From an uncultured delta proteobacterium (GTDB taxonomy: Bacteria; Myxococcota_A; Polyangia; Polyangiales; Polyangiaceae): DNA of 64,000 nucleotides. Positions within the stretch are counted from its first letter, which is position 1, and every line of letters starts with the position of its first letter. Where the stretch lies: assembly GCA_963841435.1 (NCBI GenBank), contig CAWJCS010000006.1:1568001-1632000 (forward strand). Direction: 5' to 3'. The notes beneath the pieces are model-generated. The model searched no databases, had not been told where the DNA came from, and saw only the letters and a list, made by a program, of their open reading frames with translations. Shown in pieces: positions 1 to 11,716 of this stretch. The translations under genes and the position numbers were made by a program.

Positions 1-168
1 CCCGGCGATCTGCCGGATGGAATCGGCCTCGTCTCCGAGCACGATGGGCACGACATCGTGGCCGAGCCGCTCGAGGCCCTGTGCCACGGACAGACCCGAG
101 CGCATCGAAACCTCGCGCTCCGAGGAGGTCCCACCCATCACGACACCGACACGTATTTGGCTCGACAT
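1..168 (-). CDS. ddl: D-alanine--D-alanine ligase, N-terminal part (runs off the window edge)
   Basis: Manual translation from ATG 168: MSSQIRVGVVMGGTSSEREVSMRSGLSVAQGLERLGHDV, matching the Ddl GGxSxEREVSxxSG motif; GGAGG RBS just upstream. Confidence 0.85.
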   Translation of the reverse strand, partial: MSSQIRVGVVMGGTSSEREVSMRSGLSVAQGLERLGHDVVPIVLGDEADSIRQIAG

Positions 169-270
169 TCGGCCTCCAGGCGAAGGGCACGCGCCCTGTT
201 CTCACCCGTTACCGAGCGGCCGCCGTTCGGGCCAAGATTTCTCCATGATTTCGAGGGCTCGGCGGCCCGT

Positions 271-1014
271 TCAGCAGACCTCCACGACGAGCGCCGTGAT
301 GTTGTCCTTGCCGCCTCGGGCGTTGGCGAGCTCGATGAGCTTGTCGACGGCAAAGGCGCCACCTTCCGCGAGGATGGAGGGGATTTCTTCGAGCTTCAGA
401 TAGCCGTGCAGACCGTCGCTGCAGAGCAGGTATTGGTCCCCTACGACCGCTTCCCACACGCTCGTGTCGACCTGCACGTAGTCGCGGCTGCCGACCGCCC
501 GCGTGATGACGTTGCGCTGCCGGCTCACGCGCGCCTGCTCGGGTGTGATGAGCCCCTGCTTGAGCTGCCACGCGATGAGCGTGTGGTCCTCGGTGAGCTG
601 CTCGGCGTCGCGGCCGCGCACGCGGTAGATGCGGCTGTCGCCCACCTGACCGAGCACGAGGTGCTCGCCGAAGCGCATCATCGCGCTGATCGTCGTCCCC
701 ATGCCGGCCATGCCGCGGTCGAGCTCGGCCATGGCGAAGAGCAGGTACGTCGCCGCCTGGACGCCCCCCTCGAGCATCCGCGACGCCGCCCGTGCCTTCT
801 CGTCCGTGAACGGCAGCGGGTCGCCGAGCATGTGCTTGCCGCGCCGCACCATGCCGTGAATCGTGTCGATGGCCTCGCGGCTCGCGACCTCGCCGGCGGC
901 GTGCCCGCCCATGCCGTCGGCCACGACCCACAGCCCGACGTCGTCGTCCCGTAGGAAGGCGTCCTCGTTGGCTTCGCGGCGCCGCCCCACGTCGGTGGCG
1001 CCGTACGAGCGCAT
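271..1014 (-). CDS. PP2C-family (PrpC/Stp1-like) Ser/Thr protein phosphatase
   Basis: C-terminal part of ORF 271..2088; motifs TDVGRRREANED, VADGMGGH, MGTT, GDSR, LCSDGL, GGKDNIT; start placed at ATG 1014. Confidence 0.92.
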   Translation of the reverse strand: MRSYGATDVGRRREANEDAFLRDDDVGLWVVADGMGGHAAGEVASREAIDTIHGMVRRGKHMLGDPLPFTDEKARAASRMLEGGVQAATYLLFAMAELDRGMAGMGTTISAMMRFGEHLVLGQVGDSRIYRVRGRDAEQLTEDHTLIAWQLKQGLITPEQARVSRQRNVITRAVGSRDYVQVDTSVWEAVVGDQYLLCSDGLHGYLKLEEIPSILAEGGAFAVDKLIELANARGGKDNITALVVEVC

Positions 1015-1141
1015 AACCAGCGATCCCGGGGGGTCTGACACGGCCGGTCTTTCTAGAATACTCCTAGGCGTCCGCCCGATGCCATCGATACGAAACGGAA
1101 GCTGCTTGCAGGAGAGGACCCTGGGGAAATAGGCTCCCCGG

Positions 1142-2281
1142 GTGGCAGCGAGGGCGTTCACTTTCTCCATCCGCGGCGACGACCCCGCCCGCTTCGCCGC
1201 TGGTGCCCTCGAACACCTCCGATCCGCCTCCGGGCCGGGCGCGGGCATCGTGGCGCTCTCGGGGCCCCTCGCCGAGCGGATTGGCGACGTCGCGCGCGCT
1301 CTCGAGGCGGGTGCGCCGGGGTGCCCGCTGCTCATCGGGACCGGTGTGGGGGTGCTCACCGAGCGCGGTGAGATCGAGAAGGTGCCGGCCGGGGTGGGCC
1401 TCTGGTTCCCGGGAGGCCGACCGGAGACGCTCGTGACCGACGCCGCCAGCGCCGACGACGCCATCGACAGGCTCGCGACCCGCCTCGGCGAGCTCTCGCG
1501 CGGTCGAGCCGCTACGGCCATGGTGTTCGCCCAGGCGGAGGGCTTCGGCCTGGAGTCGGTCGAGCCGCTCGCCGCCGTGCCGAGCCTCACTGTGCTCGGC
1601 GCGGGCACGCCGGGCGACGAAGGCATCTTCGCGCTCGACCGTGAGGGGCGCCTCGCCGAAGGGCGGGTCGGCGCGCTGCTCGCGAGCGGCCTCACGCCGG
1701 CACGGGTGCGCGTCTCGCCGGCCTGTCGGCTGCTGATGCCGCTCTGCACGATCACCGAGGCGCGGGGGCCGCTCGTCATCGAGGTCGCCGGCGAGCGTGC
1801 GCTCGACGTGCTCGAGCGCGTGGGCTCCGAGCTCACGGGCCAGCCCCTCGTTCTCGCGGTGCTCGCGCCCCCCGTGGAGCCCGGCGTCGAGGGCCGCCCC
1901 GAGCTCTTGGTGCGCGGGATCCAGGGCGTGGACCCCGCGCGCCGCGCCATCGTGCTCTCGGGAGACATCGCCACCGGCACGCGCTTCGCCTTCGCCGTGA
2001 GGGACGCTCCGGCGGCACGCAGCGACCTCGAGCGCGTGACGCGCGAGCTCTCGCGCGAGCTCCAGGGCTCGGCGCCTTTGTTCGGCATCTATGCGAGCTG
2101 CGCGAGCCGTGGCACCGCTCTGTACGCGACACCCGACGTGGACGTGCGCGTCATCCGCACGAGCTTTCCCGACGTGCCCGTCGTCGGGCTCCACTCCGCC
2201 TTCGAGATCGCGCCGCACGACGGCGCGGCGACCGTGCACTACTACACGGGCGTCCTCGGGTTGTTCTCGACGCCGAGCTGA
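1142..2281 (+). CDS. FIST N/C-domain sensory protein
   Basis: C-terminal FGIYASCASRG...GLHSAFEIAP resembles FIST_C; divergent from the PP2C gene. Confidence 0.75.
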   Translation: MAARAFTFSIRGDDPARFAAGALEHLRSASGPGAGIVALSGPLAERIGDVARALEAGAPGCPLLIGTGVGVLTERGEIEKVPAGVGLWFPGGRPETLVTDAASADDAIDRLATRLGELSRGRAATAMVFAQAEGFGLESVEPLAAVPSLTVLGAGTPGDEGIFALDREGRLAEGRVGALLASGLTPARVRVSPACRLLMPLCTITEARGPLVIEVAGERALDVLERVGSELTGQPLVLAVLAPPVEPGVEGRPELLVRGIQGVDPARRAIVLSGDIATGTRFAFAVRDAPAARSDLERVTRELSRELQGSAPLFGIYASCASRGTALYATPDVDVRVIRTSFPDVPVVGLHSAFEIAPHDGAATVHYYTGVLGLFSTPS

Positions 2282-2329
2282 CGAACACCGCCGTTTTCGC
2301 GCCGCCGGGCTGGGTGTAGGGTCCCGGCC

Positions 2330-4315
2330 ATGGCCACGGAAAAAGCGCCCACGACGGCGGCTTTGGCACTCGGGAGGCGGCGGCCGGGCGTGGGCCTCGC
2401 CGATGCCGCGCTCGCTGCGCTCGTCATCGCCGTCGTCGGGCTCATGGTGGTGCCCCTACCGACGCCTCTGCTCGACCTCTGCATCGCGTCGAATCTCGCG
2501 TTTTCCGTCGTGCTTCTGCTGGTGTCGCTCTACGCCAGCGACGCCCTCAAGATCGCGGCGTTCCCGAGCGTGCTGCTCATCACCACGCTCGTTCGCCTCG
2601 CTCTCAACGTTTCGGCGACGCGGCTCATCCTGCTGCAGGCGGATGCCGGCGAGGTGATCCGCGCGTTCGGCACGTTCGTCGTGCGCGGCAACTACGTCGT
2701 CGGCGGCGTGGTGTTCCTCATCCTGACGATCATCCAGTTCGTCGTGATCGCGAAGGGCGGCGAACGCGTCGCCGAGGTCGGCGCGAGGTTCACGCTCGAC
2801 GCCATGCCGGGCAAGCAAATGGCCATCGACGCCGAGCTTCGTTCCGGCGCGATCGACGGCAACGAGGCCCGGACCCGACGGCGCGCGCTCGCGCGAGAAA
2901 GCCAATTTTACGGCGCCATGGACGGCGCGATGAAGTTCGTCAAGGGCGACGTCATCGCCTCGATGCTGATCACGGTGATCAACATCGGCGGCGGGCTCGC
3001 CGTCGGCGTCCTGCAGCGCGACCTCGAGGTCGGCGTTGCGCTCAAGCGCTACGCGCTGCTCACCATCGGCGACGGGCTCGTGTCGCAGATCCCCTCGCTC
3101 GTCATCGCCACGGCCGCCGGCGTGCTCGTGACGCGTGTCGCGAGCGAGGACGGTGATACGTCGCTCGGCGCCGAGCTCGCCGCGCAGCTCTTCGGCCAGC
3201 CGCTTGCGCTGCGCGTGGGCGCGGCCTTCGTGCTCTTGCTCGCGGCGGTGCCGGGTCTGCCGGCCCTGCCGTTCGTCGTGATCGGGGGCCTTTTGCTGGC
3301 GGCATCGCGGGCACGCGCCAGAGCGGTGGCCCGCGCGGCGGAGGCGCCCGCCACCGAGCCCGTGGAGCGGCGGCGCGCCGACGGCAGCGCCACGCGCTTC
3401 GTCCCCGTCGTCGTCCCCTGGTCACTCGAAGTGAGCAGCGACCTCGCCGATTTTCTCGACGACGAAATCCGCGGCGGCGAGCTCAAGCGGGCCGGCCTGC
3501 GTTCGGCGGCGCTGGCGGTGCGGGAGCTCTTGTTCCGGGAGCTCGGCGTGCCGCTGCCGCAGGGTCGCGTCGCGATCTCGCGCGACCTTCCGCCGCGTCA
3601 CCTTTTGTTGTCGCTGCGCGAGCTGCCGGCCAAGGTGCTCGAGCTTCCCGAGGACGTGCCTCCCGACGGCGTGGCGGAGGCCGTGGTCGGCGGGGTGCTT
3701 CCCATCCTGCGCGAGCGTGCGGTGGACTACCTCGGAATCGCCGAGACGCAGGCGCTGCTCGATCAGCTCGAGCAGGTGGCGCCGGCGACGGTGCGGCAAG
3801 TCGTGCCAAAGCCCATCTCGGTCACCCAGCTTTCGGACGTGTTGCGCCGCCTCGTCGAGGAGCGGCTCAGCGTGCGCGATCTGAAGAGCATTCTCGAGGC
3901 GCTCGCGCTCGTGGGGCAGACCGAGCGTGACCCCTTGAATCTCGCGGAGTTCGTGCGTTCGCAGCAGCGGCGCGTCATCACGCATGCGCTGACGCGCGGC
4001 GGGCGTGAGCTCTCCGTGGTGCTGCTCGATCCGACCATGGAAGAGGCGATCCGCGGCGCGATCTCGCGCACCGCGGCGGGAAGCTTCCTGACGCTCGCGC
4101 CCGCGGCCGCACGCGAGCTCGTCTCCGCGCTGAAGCACACCCTGGCGCCGCTCGGCGAGCCGTGCCCTCCCTTGCTCACGCAGCCGGACATCCGGCGCTT
4201 CGTGAAGAAGCTCATCGAGATCGACCTTCCGAGCGTCGCGGTCGTTTCCTACGCGGAGCTCTTGCCCGAGGTCGCGATCAAGCCGCTCGCGAAGGCGACG
4301 CTCGTCGGGATCTAG
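2330..4315 (+). CDS. FHIPEP-family type III secretion export gate protein (FlhA/SctV homologue)
   Basis: Signature RVAEVGARFTLDAMPGKQMAIDA, FYGAMDGAMKFVKGD, LTIGDGLVSQIP, C-terminal VVSYAEL; multiple TM helices. Confidence 0.93.
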   Translation: MATEKAPTTAALALGRRRPGVGLADAALAALVIAVVGLMVVPLPTPLLDLCIASNLAFSVVLLLVSLYASDALKIAAFPSVLLITTLVRLALNVSATRLILLQADAGEVIRAFGTFVVRGNYVVGGVVFLILTIIQFVVIAKGGERVAEVGARFTLDAMPGKQMAIDAELRSGAIDGNEARTRRRALARESQFYGAMDGAMKFVKGDVIASMLITVINIGGGLAVGVLQRDLEVGVALKRYALLTIGDGLVSQIPSLVIATAAGVLVTRVASEDGDTSLGAELAAQLFGQPLALRVGAAFVLLLAAVPGLPALPFVVIGGLLLAASRARARAVARAAEAPATEPVERRRADGSATRFVPVVVPWSLEVSSDLADFLDDEIRGGELKRAGLRSAALAVRELLFRELGVPLPQGRVAISRDLPPRHLLLSLRELPAKVLELPEDVPPDGVAEAVVGGVLPILRERAVDYLGIAETQALLDQLEQVAPATVRQVVPKPISVTQLSDVLRRLVEERLSVRDLKSILEALALVGQTERDPLNLAEFVRSQQRRVITHALTRGGRELSVVLLDPTMEEAIRGAISRTAAGSFLTLAPAAARELVSALKHTLAPLGEPCPPLLTQPDIRRFVKKLIEIDLPSVAVVSYAELLPEVAIKPLAKATLVGI

Positions 4316-4328
4316 CGCCCGTGCGGCG

Positions 4329-5255
4329 TCAGCGCCGCTGCACGACCATCTTGCGCGGGACCTGGCCGCTCTGCTCGAGGAGCTTCTTGGCTTCCTTCTG
4401 CAGCATGGGGTGCGTGCGCTTCATCATGAAGCCTCCGAGCAGGCGCGCGTCCTCGGCGAGGAGCTTCTTCAGCGCCCGGCGCATGCCGGTAATATCGTTG
4501 GTGTGCACGGCGGCGAAGGCGCGCGCGCGATAAAGCTGCGGCTTGAGCTCGGAGAACGCTGCATCTTCCGGATCGAACAGATCGAGCATCTCGACGGCCT
4601 TGGCACCGTCGCCGCCGCGCGCCCACGCCTCGGCCGAAACGGCGGCGAGCAGGGCGCGCGTGCGCGGCTCCTGGTGGCGCTTGATGTCGATGTTGCTGAC
4701 GAGCGTGCGCGCCTCGCTCACCTCGCCGAGCATCAGGTGGATCATGCCGCGCTGTCCGCGCGCCTCGTCCGCAATCGGCGCCATCACCTTGGAGAGGTTG
4801 ATGCGCTCGAGCGTGACGAGCGCCATTCTCGGGTCTTCCTGGAGCTCGAGCTGGGCCTTGGCGAAGATCGCCGCAGGGTCGTTCTTCTTGGATGCGGTTT
4901 CGAGCTCGGCGATGGCCGCCTTGCGGTCGGCGTCGGTCTCGACCTTGCGCAGGATGTTGGCGACGCCGCTCGCTCGCTTCGCCTGCCGCATGGCGAACAG
5001 CACGAGCCCCGCCGCGAGCAGCGTGATGACGGTCGGGATCGTCAGGAGCACGATCTTCCAGGTGGTCGAGTAGACGAGCGCCGCGACGAGGCCGCAGAGC
5101 ACCCAGCCCGCGACCACGGGGATCGCCAGACGGCCCATCAGGGAACGAAGCTGGCCGGCGGTGTCCGGCATCGCCATCTTGGGCCGCTCGCTCGCCCCGC
5201 CGTCATCGCCGCTGCGCGCCTGGGCGCGCTGAACCTTTCTGCCCTCTTTGGCCAT
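4329..5255 (-). CDS. Hypothetical membrane protein (2 TM helices plus helical, TPR-like domain)
   Basis: Protein-like part of ORF 4329..6218 from MAKEGRKVQ; two hydrophobic segments, then amphipathic helices. Confidence 0.7.
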   Translation of the reverse strand: MAKEGRKVQRAQARSGDDGGASERPKMAMPDTAGQLRSLMGRLAIPVVAGWVLCGLVAALVYSTTWKIVLLTIPTVITLLAAGLVLFAMRQAKRASGVANILRKVETDADRKAAIAELETASKKNDPAAIFAKAQLELQEDPRMALVTLERINLSKVMAPIADEARGQRGMIHLMLGEVSEARTLVSNIDIKRHQEPRTRALLAAVSAEAWARGGDGAKAVEMLDLFDPEDAAFSELKPQLYRARAFAAVHTNDITGMRRALKKLLAEDARLLGGFMMKRTHPMLQKEAKKLLEQSGQVPRKMVVQRR

Positions 5256-5266
5256 GTGCGTCCTCT

Positions 5267-6571
5267 TCAGGCCCGTGGCTCGACGCGACCGACGGGAACC
5301 AGGCTGTCGGGCGGTAGATCGGGCATGGTCTCGAAACGGAAATGATTGAAGATGCTCTGCGTGATCGAGAGCGTCGGCACGGCGAACAGTGCGCCCCAGA
5401 GGCCGAAGAAGTGCTCTCCGATGACCAGTGAGAAGACCACGAGCACGGGGTGGATTTTGGCGGCCACGCCGATGATCTTCGGATTCAACAGATTCGCTTC
5501 GATCTGGTGGATGCCGATGATCCAGAGCAGCACCCAGAGCGCGATCCAGAAACCCTGCGTGAGACCGATCAGCACGACGGGCACGGAGCTCAGGATCGAG
5601 CCGAAGATGGGAATGATGCTCATGACACCGGAGACGATCGCGAGAATCGGCCAGTACTTGAGCCCGAAAAGCCAGAAGCCGATCGCGCTCACGACGCCGT
5701 TGACGACGCAAATCAAGAGTTGGCCACGCACGACGCCCGAGAGCCCGCGGTCGATGCGCTCGAGCAGATGATCGAATCCGAGTCGCGCGTTCGGCGGCAC
5801 TAGCGTACGGAAAAATTCGACGATCGTCTCGCGCGTGTGCATGACGTAGCCCGCGACCATGAGCGTCATGAACAGGAGGAAGATGCTGCGTGCCACCGTG
5901 CGCACGATGGCGTTGCCGATGGCGAGGATCTCGAGCGCATTCGCCTTCACATAGGAGAGAGACTCGGCGATCCCCTTGGTGGCAAGCTCGGCGATGTTCA
6001 CCTGCTCGGTGGCGCGCGCGCCGGCGGGACCGATGCGCCAGTGACCGGGCCCGTGCTGCACGACGTCCAGACCCGCGCCCACGTCGACGCGGAGCGAGCC
6101 GTCCGGCTGGTGCGCGATGGAGATCGCCGGAGCCGCCGACCCGGCGGGGGCCGCGCCCGAGGCGACATGAGCGCGGTCGAGCATGCGCTGCGCAAAGCTT
6201 TCCAGCTTCGGCGCCCACTCAGTGGAAAAGTCGCGCGCGAGCGCGGGTGCGTCCTCGACGACGCGCTGCACCTCCGTCTGGATGCGCGGGGCGATGAGCG
6301 CGATGACCGAGTAGAGGATGCTGAAGGTGAGCGCGTAGACGATCAGAATGGCCGCGGCGCGAGGCACCCTGGCGCGCTCTGCGAGCGCCACCGCGGGTGT
6401 CAGCACGTAGGCGATGATGAGCGCGGCCGCGAAGGGCAGCAGCACCTCGTGCACCCAGCCGATCAGGCCGACGATGAGGACCCCGCTCACCGCGAGGAAG
6501 ATGATGCGAGAGCGTGTCCATCCGCCGACGCGGAGGACCACTTCACGGGCGCTCACGGGCGTCGTCACCAA
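5267..6571 (-). CDS. AI-2E (PerM/UPF0118) family transporter
   Basis: LLPFAAALIIAYVLTP, GVVRGQL, IPIFGS, HQIEANLLNPKIIG, IHPVLVVFSL, GLWGALFAVP. Confidence 0.88.
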   Translation of the reverse strand: MVTTPVSAREVVLRVGGWTRSRIIFLAVSGVLIVGLIGWVHEVLLPFAAALIIAYVLTPAVALAERARVPRAAAILIVYALTFSILYSVIALIAPRIQTEVQRVVEDAPALARDFSTEWAPKLESFAQRMLDRAHVASGAAPAGSAAPAISIAHQPDGSLRVDVGAGLDVVQHGPGHWRIGPAGARATEQVNIAELATKGIAESLSYVKANALEILAIGNAIVRTVARSIFLLFMTLMVAGYVMHTRETIVEFFRTLVPPNARLGFDHLLERIDRGLSGVVRGQLLICVVNGVVSAIGFWLFGLKYWPILAIVSGVMSIIPIFGSILSSVPVVLIGLTQGFWIALWVLLWIIGIHQIEANLLNPKIIGVAAKIHPVLVVFSLVIGEHFFGLWGALFAVPTLSITQSIFNHFRFETMPDLPPDSLVPVGRVEPRA

Positions 6572-6602
6572 TGGACCTCGCCCCGCGTGGGGACCGGCGA
6601 AC

Positions 6603-8390
<1,788 letters not shown>

Positions 8391-8535
8391 GGATTGAACG
8401 GGTTGCTCCGGGGGTCAGGGCGTTTTCGCGCCGCACACGCGGGCGAGGACAACCGTCCTCTCCTCAGGGCGCGCGGGAGGCGTGAGGTAGCGCACGACCG
8501 GGGCCCCGTCAAACGCAAAGCACGGCCGCATAGGG

Positions 8536-9519
8536 CTATTTTCCGGCTGTAGGAGCCGCGATCTGGCGCGAGATCAGCAGTGCTGCCCGGTCCGCCACGG
8601 CCTCGAGGGCGCTGTCGGCCAGCCGAAACCGCGCTTTGAGCTCTTGGTTTTCACCAGGCTGGACTTCCAGTGCCAGGGTGCCCCGCTCGAGCTCGGCCAG
8701 GCGCGCGCCGACGAGCTCGGCGAGCACCCCGCGCAGCCGCTGCACCGCGTCGCCCGGGGGCGCCGAGGCGTAGCGGAGCCGTACCTCGACCGGCAGAGGG
8801 CTGCCCCAGTCGGCGGTCGCGGAGAGCTCGGTGACGTCGCCGAGGGGCGCGAGCACGGCGCGCACGGCGGGGGGAACGCCAGGCTGGTCGAGCCGGACCA
8901 CGAGCGAGCCGGCGCCCTCGCGCGGGACGAGCGGATCCTCGGGTGTCCTCTCGAGCACGGCACCGAGCGCCGCTCGGCTCGACGAAAGCGCGTAGGCGCC
9001 GTCGGCGGCGCGCCCGAAGGCGAGCCCGCTTCGCGAATCGAGCACGCCCGTCGGGGGACTCGCCGACCAGCCTTCCTGCCTGAGGGTGTCGGCAACGGCG
9101 CCGAGCAGGTTCTCGCCTCCGAAGGAGCCGCCCACCATCACGGCCCACGAGTCGCCGTCGCCGGGTGGAACGACGAGCAGGACCTCGCGCAGATCACGTC
9201 CAATGCGCACGCCCGTCGCGCGCCGGAGCCGTTCGCTACGGGGCTCTGCGGCAACGGGCCGTCCCGGGCGTCGCGCGTCGACGAGCGGCAGCAGATAGCG
9301 CCGCGTCGGCTCGAACAGGGTCACCTTTTCAACGTCCCACCGCAACACGAAGGGCGACCGGGCTGGCACGTGCTCGGCGACGACACGCTCGAACCCCACG
9401 TAGCGCCGGTGGATGACGAGGCCCGAGCCCACGCCAATTGCCAGGAGCAGCGCGAACACCGTGCCCACGAGGGCAAAGGAGAGCCCGCCACGGCGGTCAT
9501 TCGGCGCAGTCTCGGACAC
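8536..9519 (-). CDS. Membrane-anchored hypothetical protein (DUF3352-like by eye)
   Basis: N-terminal TM helix; HVPARSPFVLRWD...RDLREVLL...GGSF pattern shared with the genes at 11717 and 14712. Confidence 0.65.
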   Translation of the reverse strand: MSETAPNDRRGGLSFALVGTVFALLLAIGVGSGLVIHRRYVGFERVVAEHVPARSPFVLRWDVEKVTLFEPTRRYLLPLVDARRPGRPVAAEPRSERLRRATGVRIGRDLREVLLVVPPGDGDSWAVMVGGSFGGENLLGAVADTLRQEGWSASPPTGVLDSRSGLAFGRAADGAYALSSSRAALGAVLERTPEDPLVPREGAGSLVVRLDQPGVPPAVRAVLAPLGDVTELSATADWGSPLPVEVRLRYASAPPGDAVQRLRGVLAELVGARLAELERGTLALEVQPGENQELKARFRLADSALEAVADRAALLISRQIAAPTAGK

Positions 9520-9637
9520 GGCGGCGCTCTAGCACGGCCCGGATGCCGTCGAGGCCCGATTGCGCGCCACGAGAACAAGCACCATTGCGCGGCGCTCGCG
9601 TGGGGGCACAATGCCGTTCGGGCGGAAGGAGGCACAC

Positions 9638-11642
9638 GTGAAAACAGTGGGATCGAACGCGGGTCGTGGGCGATCGAGGTGGCTCGGGGAGCTTTTCGTA
9701 CTGACGACGGGCGTCGCCATCGCGTGCTCGGCGGACCCCGACACGAACGGCCCCGTCGGCTACGGCTCCGGAGCACGAAGTGGTGTTGGCGGGAGCGTCG
9801 CGATCGGAGGCGGCACGGCCGGCAAGGGCGGCGGCGGCAAGGGGGGCACCGGCGTGGGGTTCGACGACGGACCCGTCGTTACGGCGGAACGGACACCGCC
9901 GCCGATCTCGGGAGGAACGCTCCTCAGCTTGAAGGGAGGAGGCCGAGTCGCGGTATCCGACAGCGACCGCGACTGGGTAGGACTCGTCGATCTGGACACG
10001 GGCAACATCGATGCTGCGTTCCCGCTCGAGCACGGCGCGGAGCCTGGGCGTCTCATCGAGGACGATGAAGGTCGCGTCCACGTCGCTTTGCGCGGCTCGG
10101 GAGACCTGCTCAGCATCGACACCCACACGGGGGAGGCCGTCGATCGGCGGCCCGTCTGCGCCGCGCCGCGCGGCGTCGCGTACGACGCGGAACACGACAG
10201 CGTGCTCGTCGCGTGCCTCGAGGGCACCCTCGTCGAGCTACCCGCGGACGGCGGCGAGCCGACACGCGTGACGCGCGTGGCCGACGATCTGAGGGACGTC
10301 GTGCTCGTCGACGGAACCCTCGTCCTGACGCGGTTTCGCGCCGCAGAGCTTCTGTATTTGGACGACGACCGCAAGATCGAACGCCGCGAGGGGCTTGGCT
10401 CGACCCGAGACGGATTCGAGGCCAACGTCGCCTGGCGCGCCATCGTGACGCCGAACGGCGTGATCGCCGTCGTGCACCAGCGAGCGTTCAGCGGTTTCAT
10501 CTCGGTGAACGATGACACCTCCTTCACGGGCTCGGCCGGTGCCTCGGATAGGGGCGCCGCGGGTGAGGCGGGGGGGCCCGGCATCGGCGCCGCCGGCTCC
10601 GAAAGCTTTCCCTTCCACGACGGCTACGGCAGTGGCGGCCCCTGCAGCTCCGTCGTCGAGACCACCGTCACGCTTGCCAACGTCAACGGCACGCTGCAAC
10701 CCGGGCCGACGCTCGACCTCTCCGTGTTGCCCGTCGATATCGCCGTTTCCCCCCTCGGCAAGCTCGCGGTCGCCAACGCCGGGCTTGGGTTGAACGGCTC
10801 CTCGGTCGGCATCTACACGATGTCGAGCGTGTTTTCCCCCGACCTGCGGCCCGGCTTGAATTGCTTCGAATCAGAGAATTTTTACGCAGGTCCTGGAGCC
10901 ATCGCCGTGGCCTTCGATGAAGCCGGCACGCGCTTCGTGGCGCAGCACCGCGAGCCCGCCGAGCTGGTCGTGTTCAACGCAGATCTCGAGCCACAAATGA
11001 CGATCTCGCTCGGCAAGCAGAGCGTGGTCGACACGGGCCATGCCATTTTCCACACCGACGCCGGGGGCGGTATCGCCTGCGCGTCGTGTCACCCCGAAGG
11101 AACCGACGACGGCCGGGTGTGGCGCTTCTCCGATTCGGGCAAGCGCCGCACGCAACCGCTCGAACGTCGGGCTGGAGGGCACGGCGCCGTTTCATTGGGC
11201 CGGCGACTTGCCGTCGTTCGGCTCGCTCGTCGATCAAGTGTTCGTCGGGCGCATGTCGGGTCCGGTCGAGAGCCCCGACCGCGCCGCGGCCCTCGAAGCC
11301 TACGTCTATTCGTTGCCGCGCCGGCCCGCCCTCCGCGCCGCAGACGATCCCGCGGCGCTCCGCGGCAAGGCGCTTTTCGAGTCCGAAAAGGTCGGCTGCG
11401 CGGAGTGCCACGAGGGCTCGCACCTGTCGAGCGGTGAGACCGAGAACATCGGCCGCGAGGTCGCGCTGCAAGTCCCCTCCCTCATCGCCGTCTCGGCGCG
11501 CGCGCCGTTCATGCATGACGGCTGCGCCGCGACGCTCTTCGACCGCTTCGATCCTGCTTGCGGTGGCGCACGGCATGGGCACCCCGAGACGCTGAACGAA
11601 GACGAGCTCTCCGATCTGGTGGCGTACCTCGAGTCGCTCTAG
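9638..11642 (+). CDS. Lipoprotein: Gly-rich linker, YVTN-like beta-propeller, di-heme cytochrome c (peroxidase/MauG-like) domain; +1 frameshift near 11161
   Basis: AAGGAGG RBS then GTG 9638; lipobox VAIAC; CASCH in ORF 9560..11437 and CAECH plus VPSL..APFMHDG in ORF 11040..11642; frames join as RRTQPL/NVGLEGTAPFHW after removing one base. Confidence 0.8.
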
Positions 11643-11716
11643 CGTCGAGTTGGGCGATCTCGGAACAACGGGTCGCGTTCAACGTGGGCCGCAACCTGCC
11701 TCGCCGAAGGTGGCCG

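Noticed and set aside
1015-2088. Apparent 358-aa N-terminal extension of the PP2C phosphatase
   Set aside because: Antisense to the FIST gene and Ser/Arg/Pro-rich; the PP2C domain starts at ATG 1014
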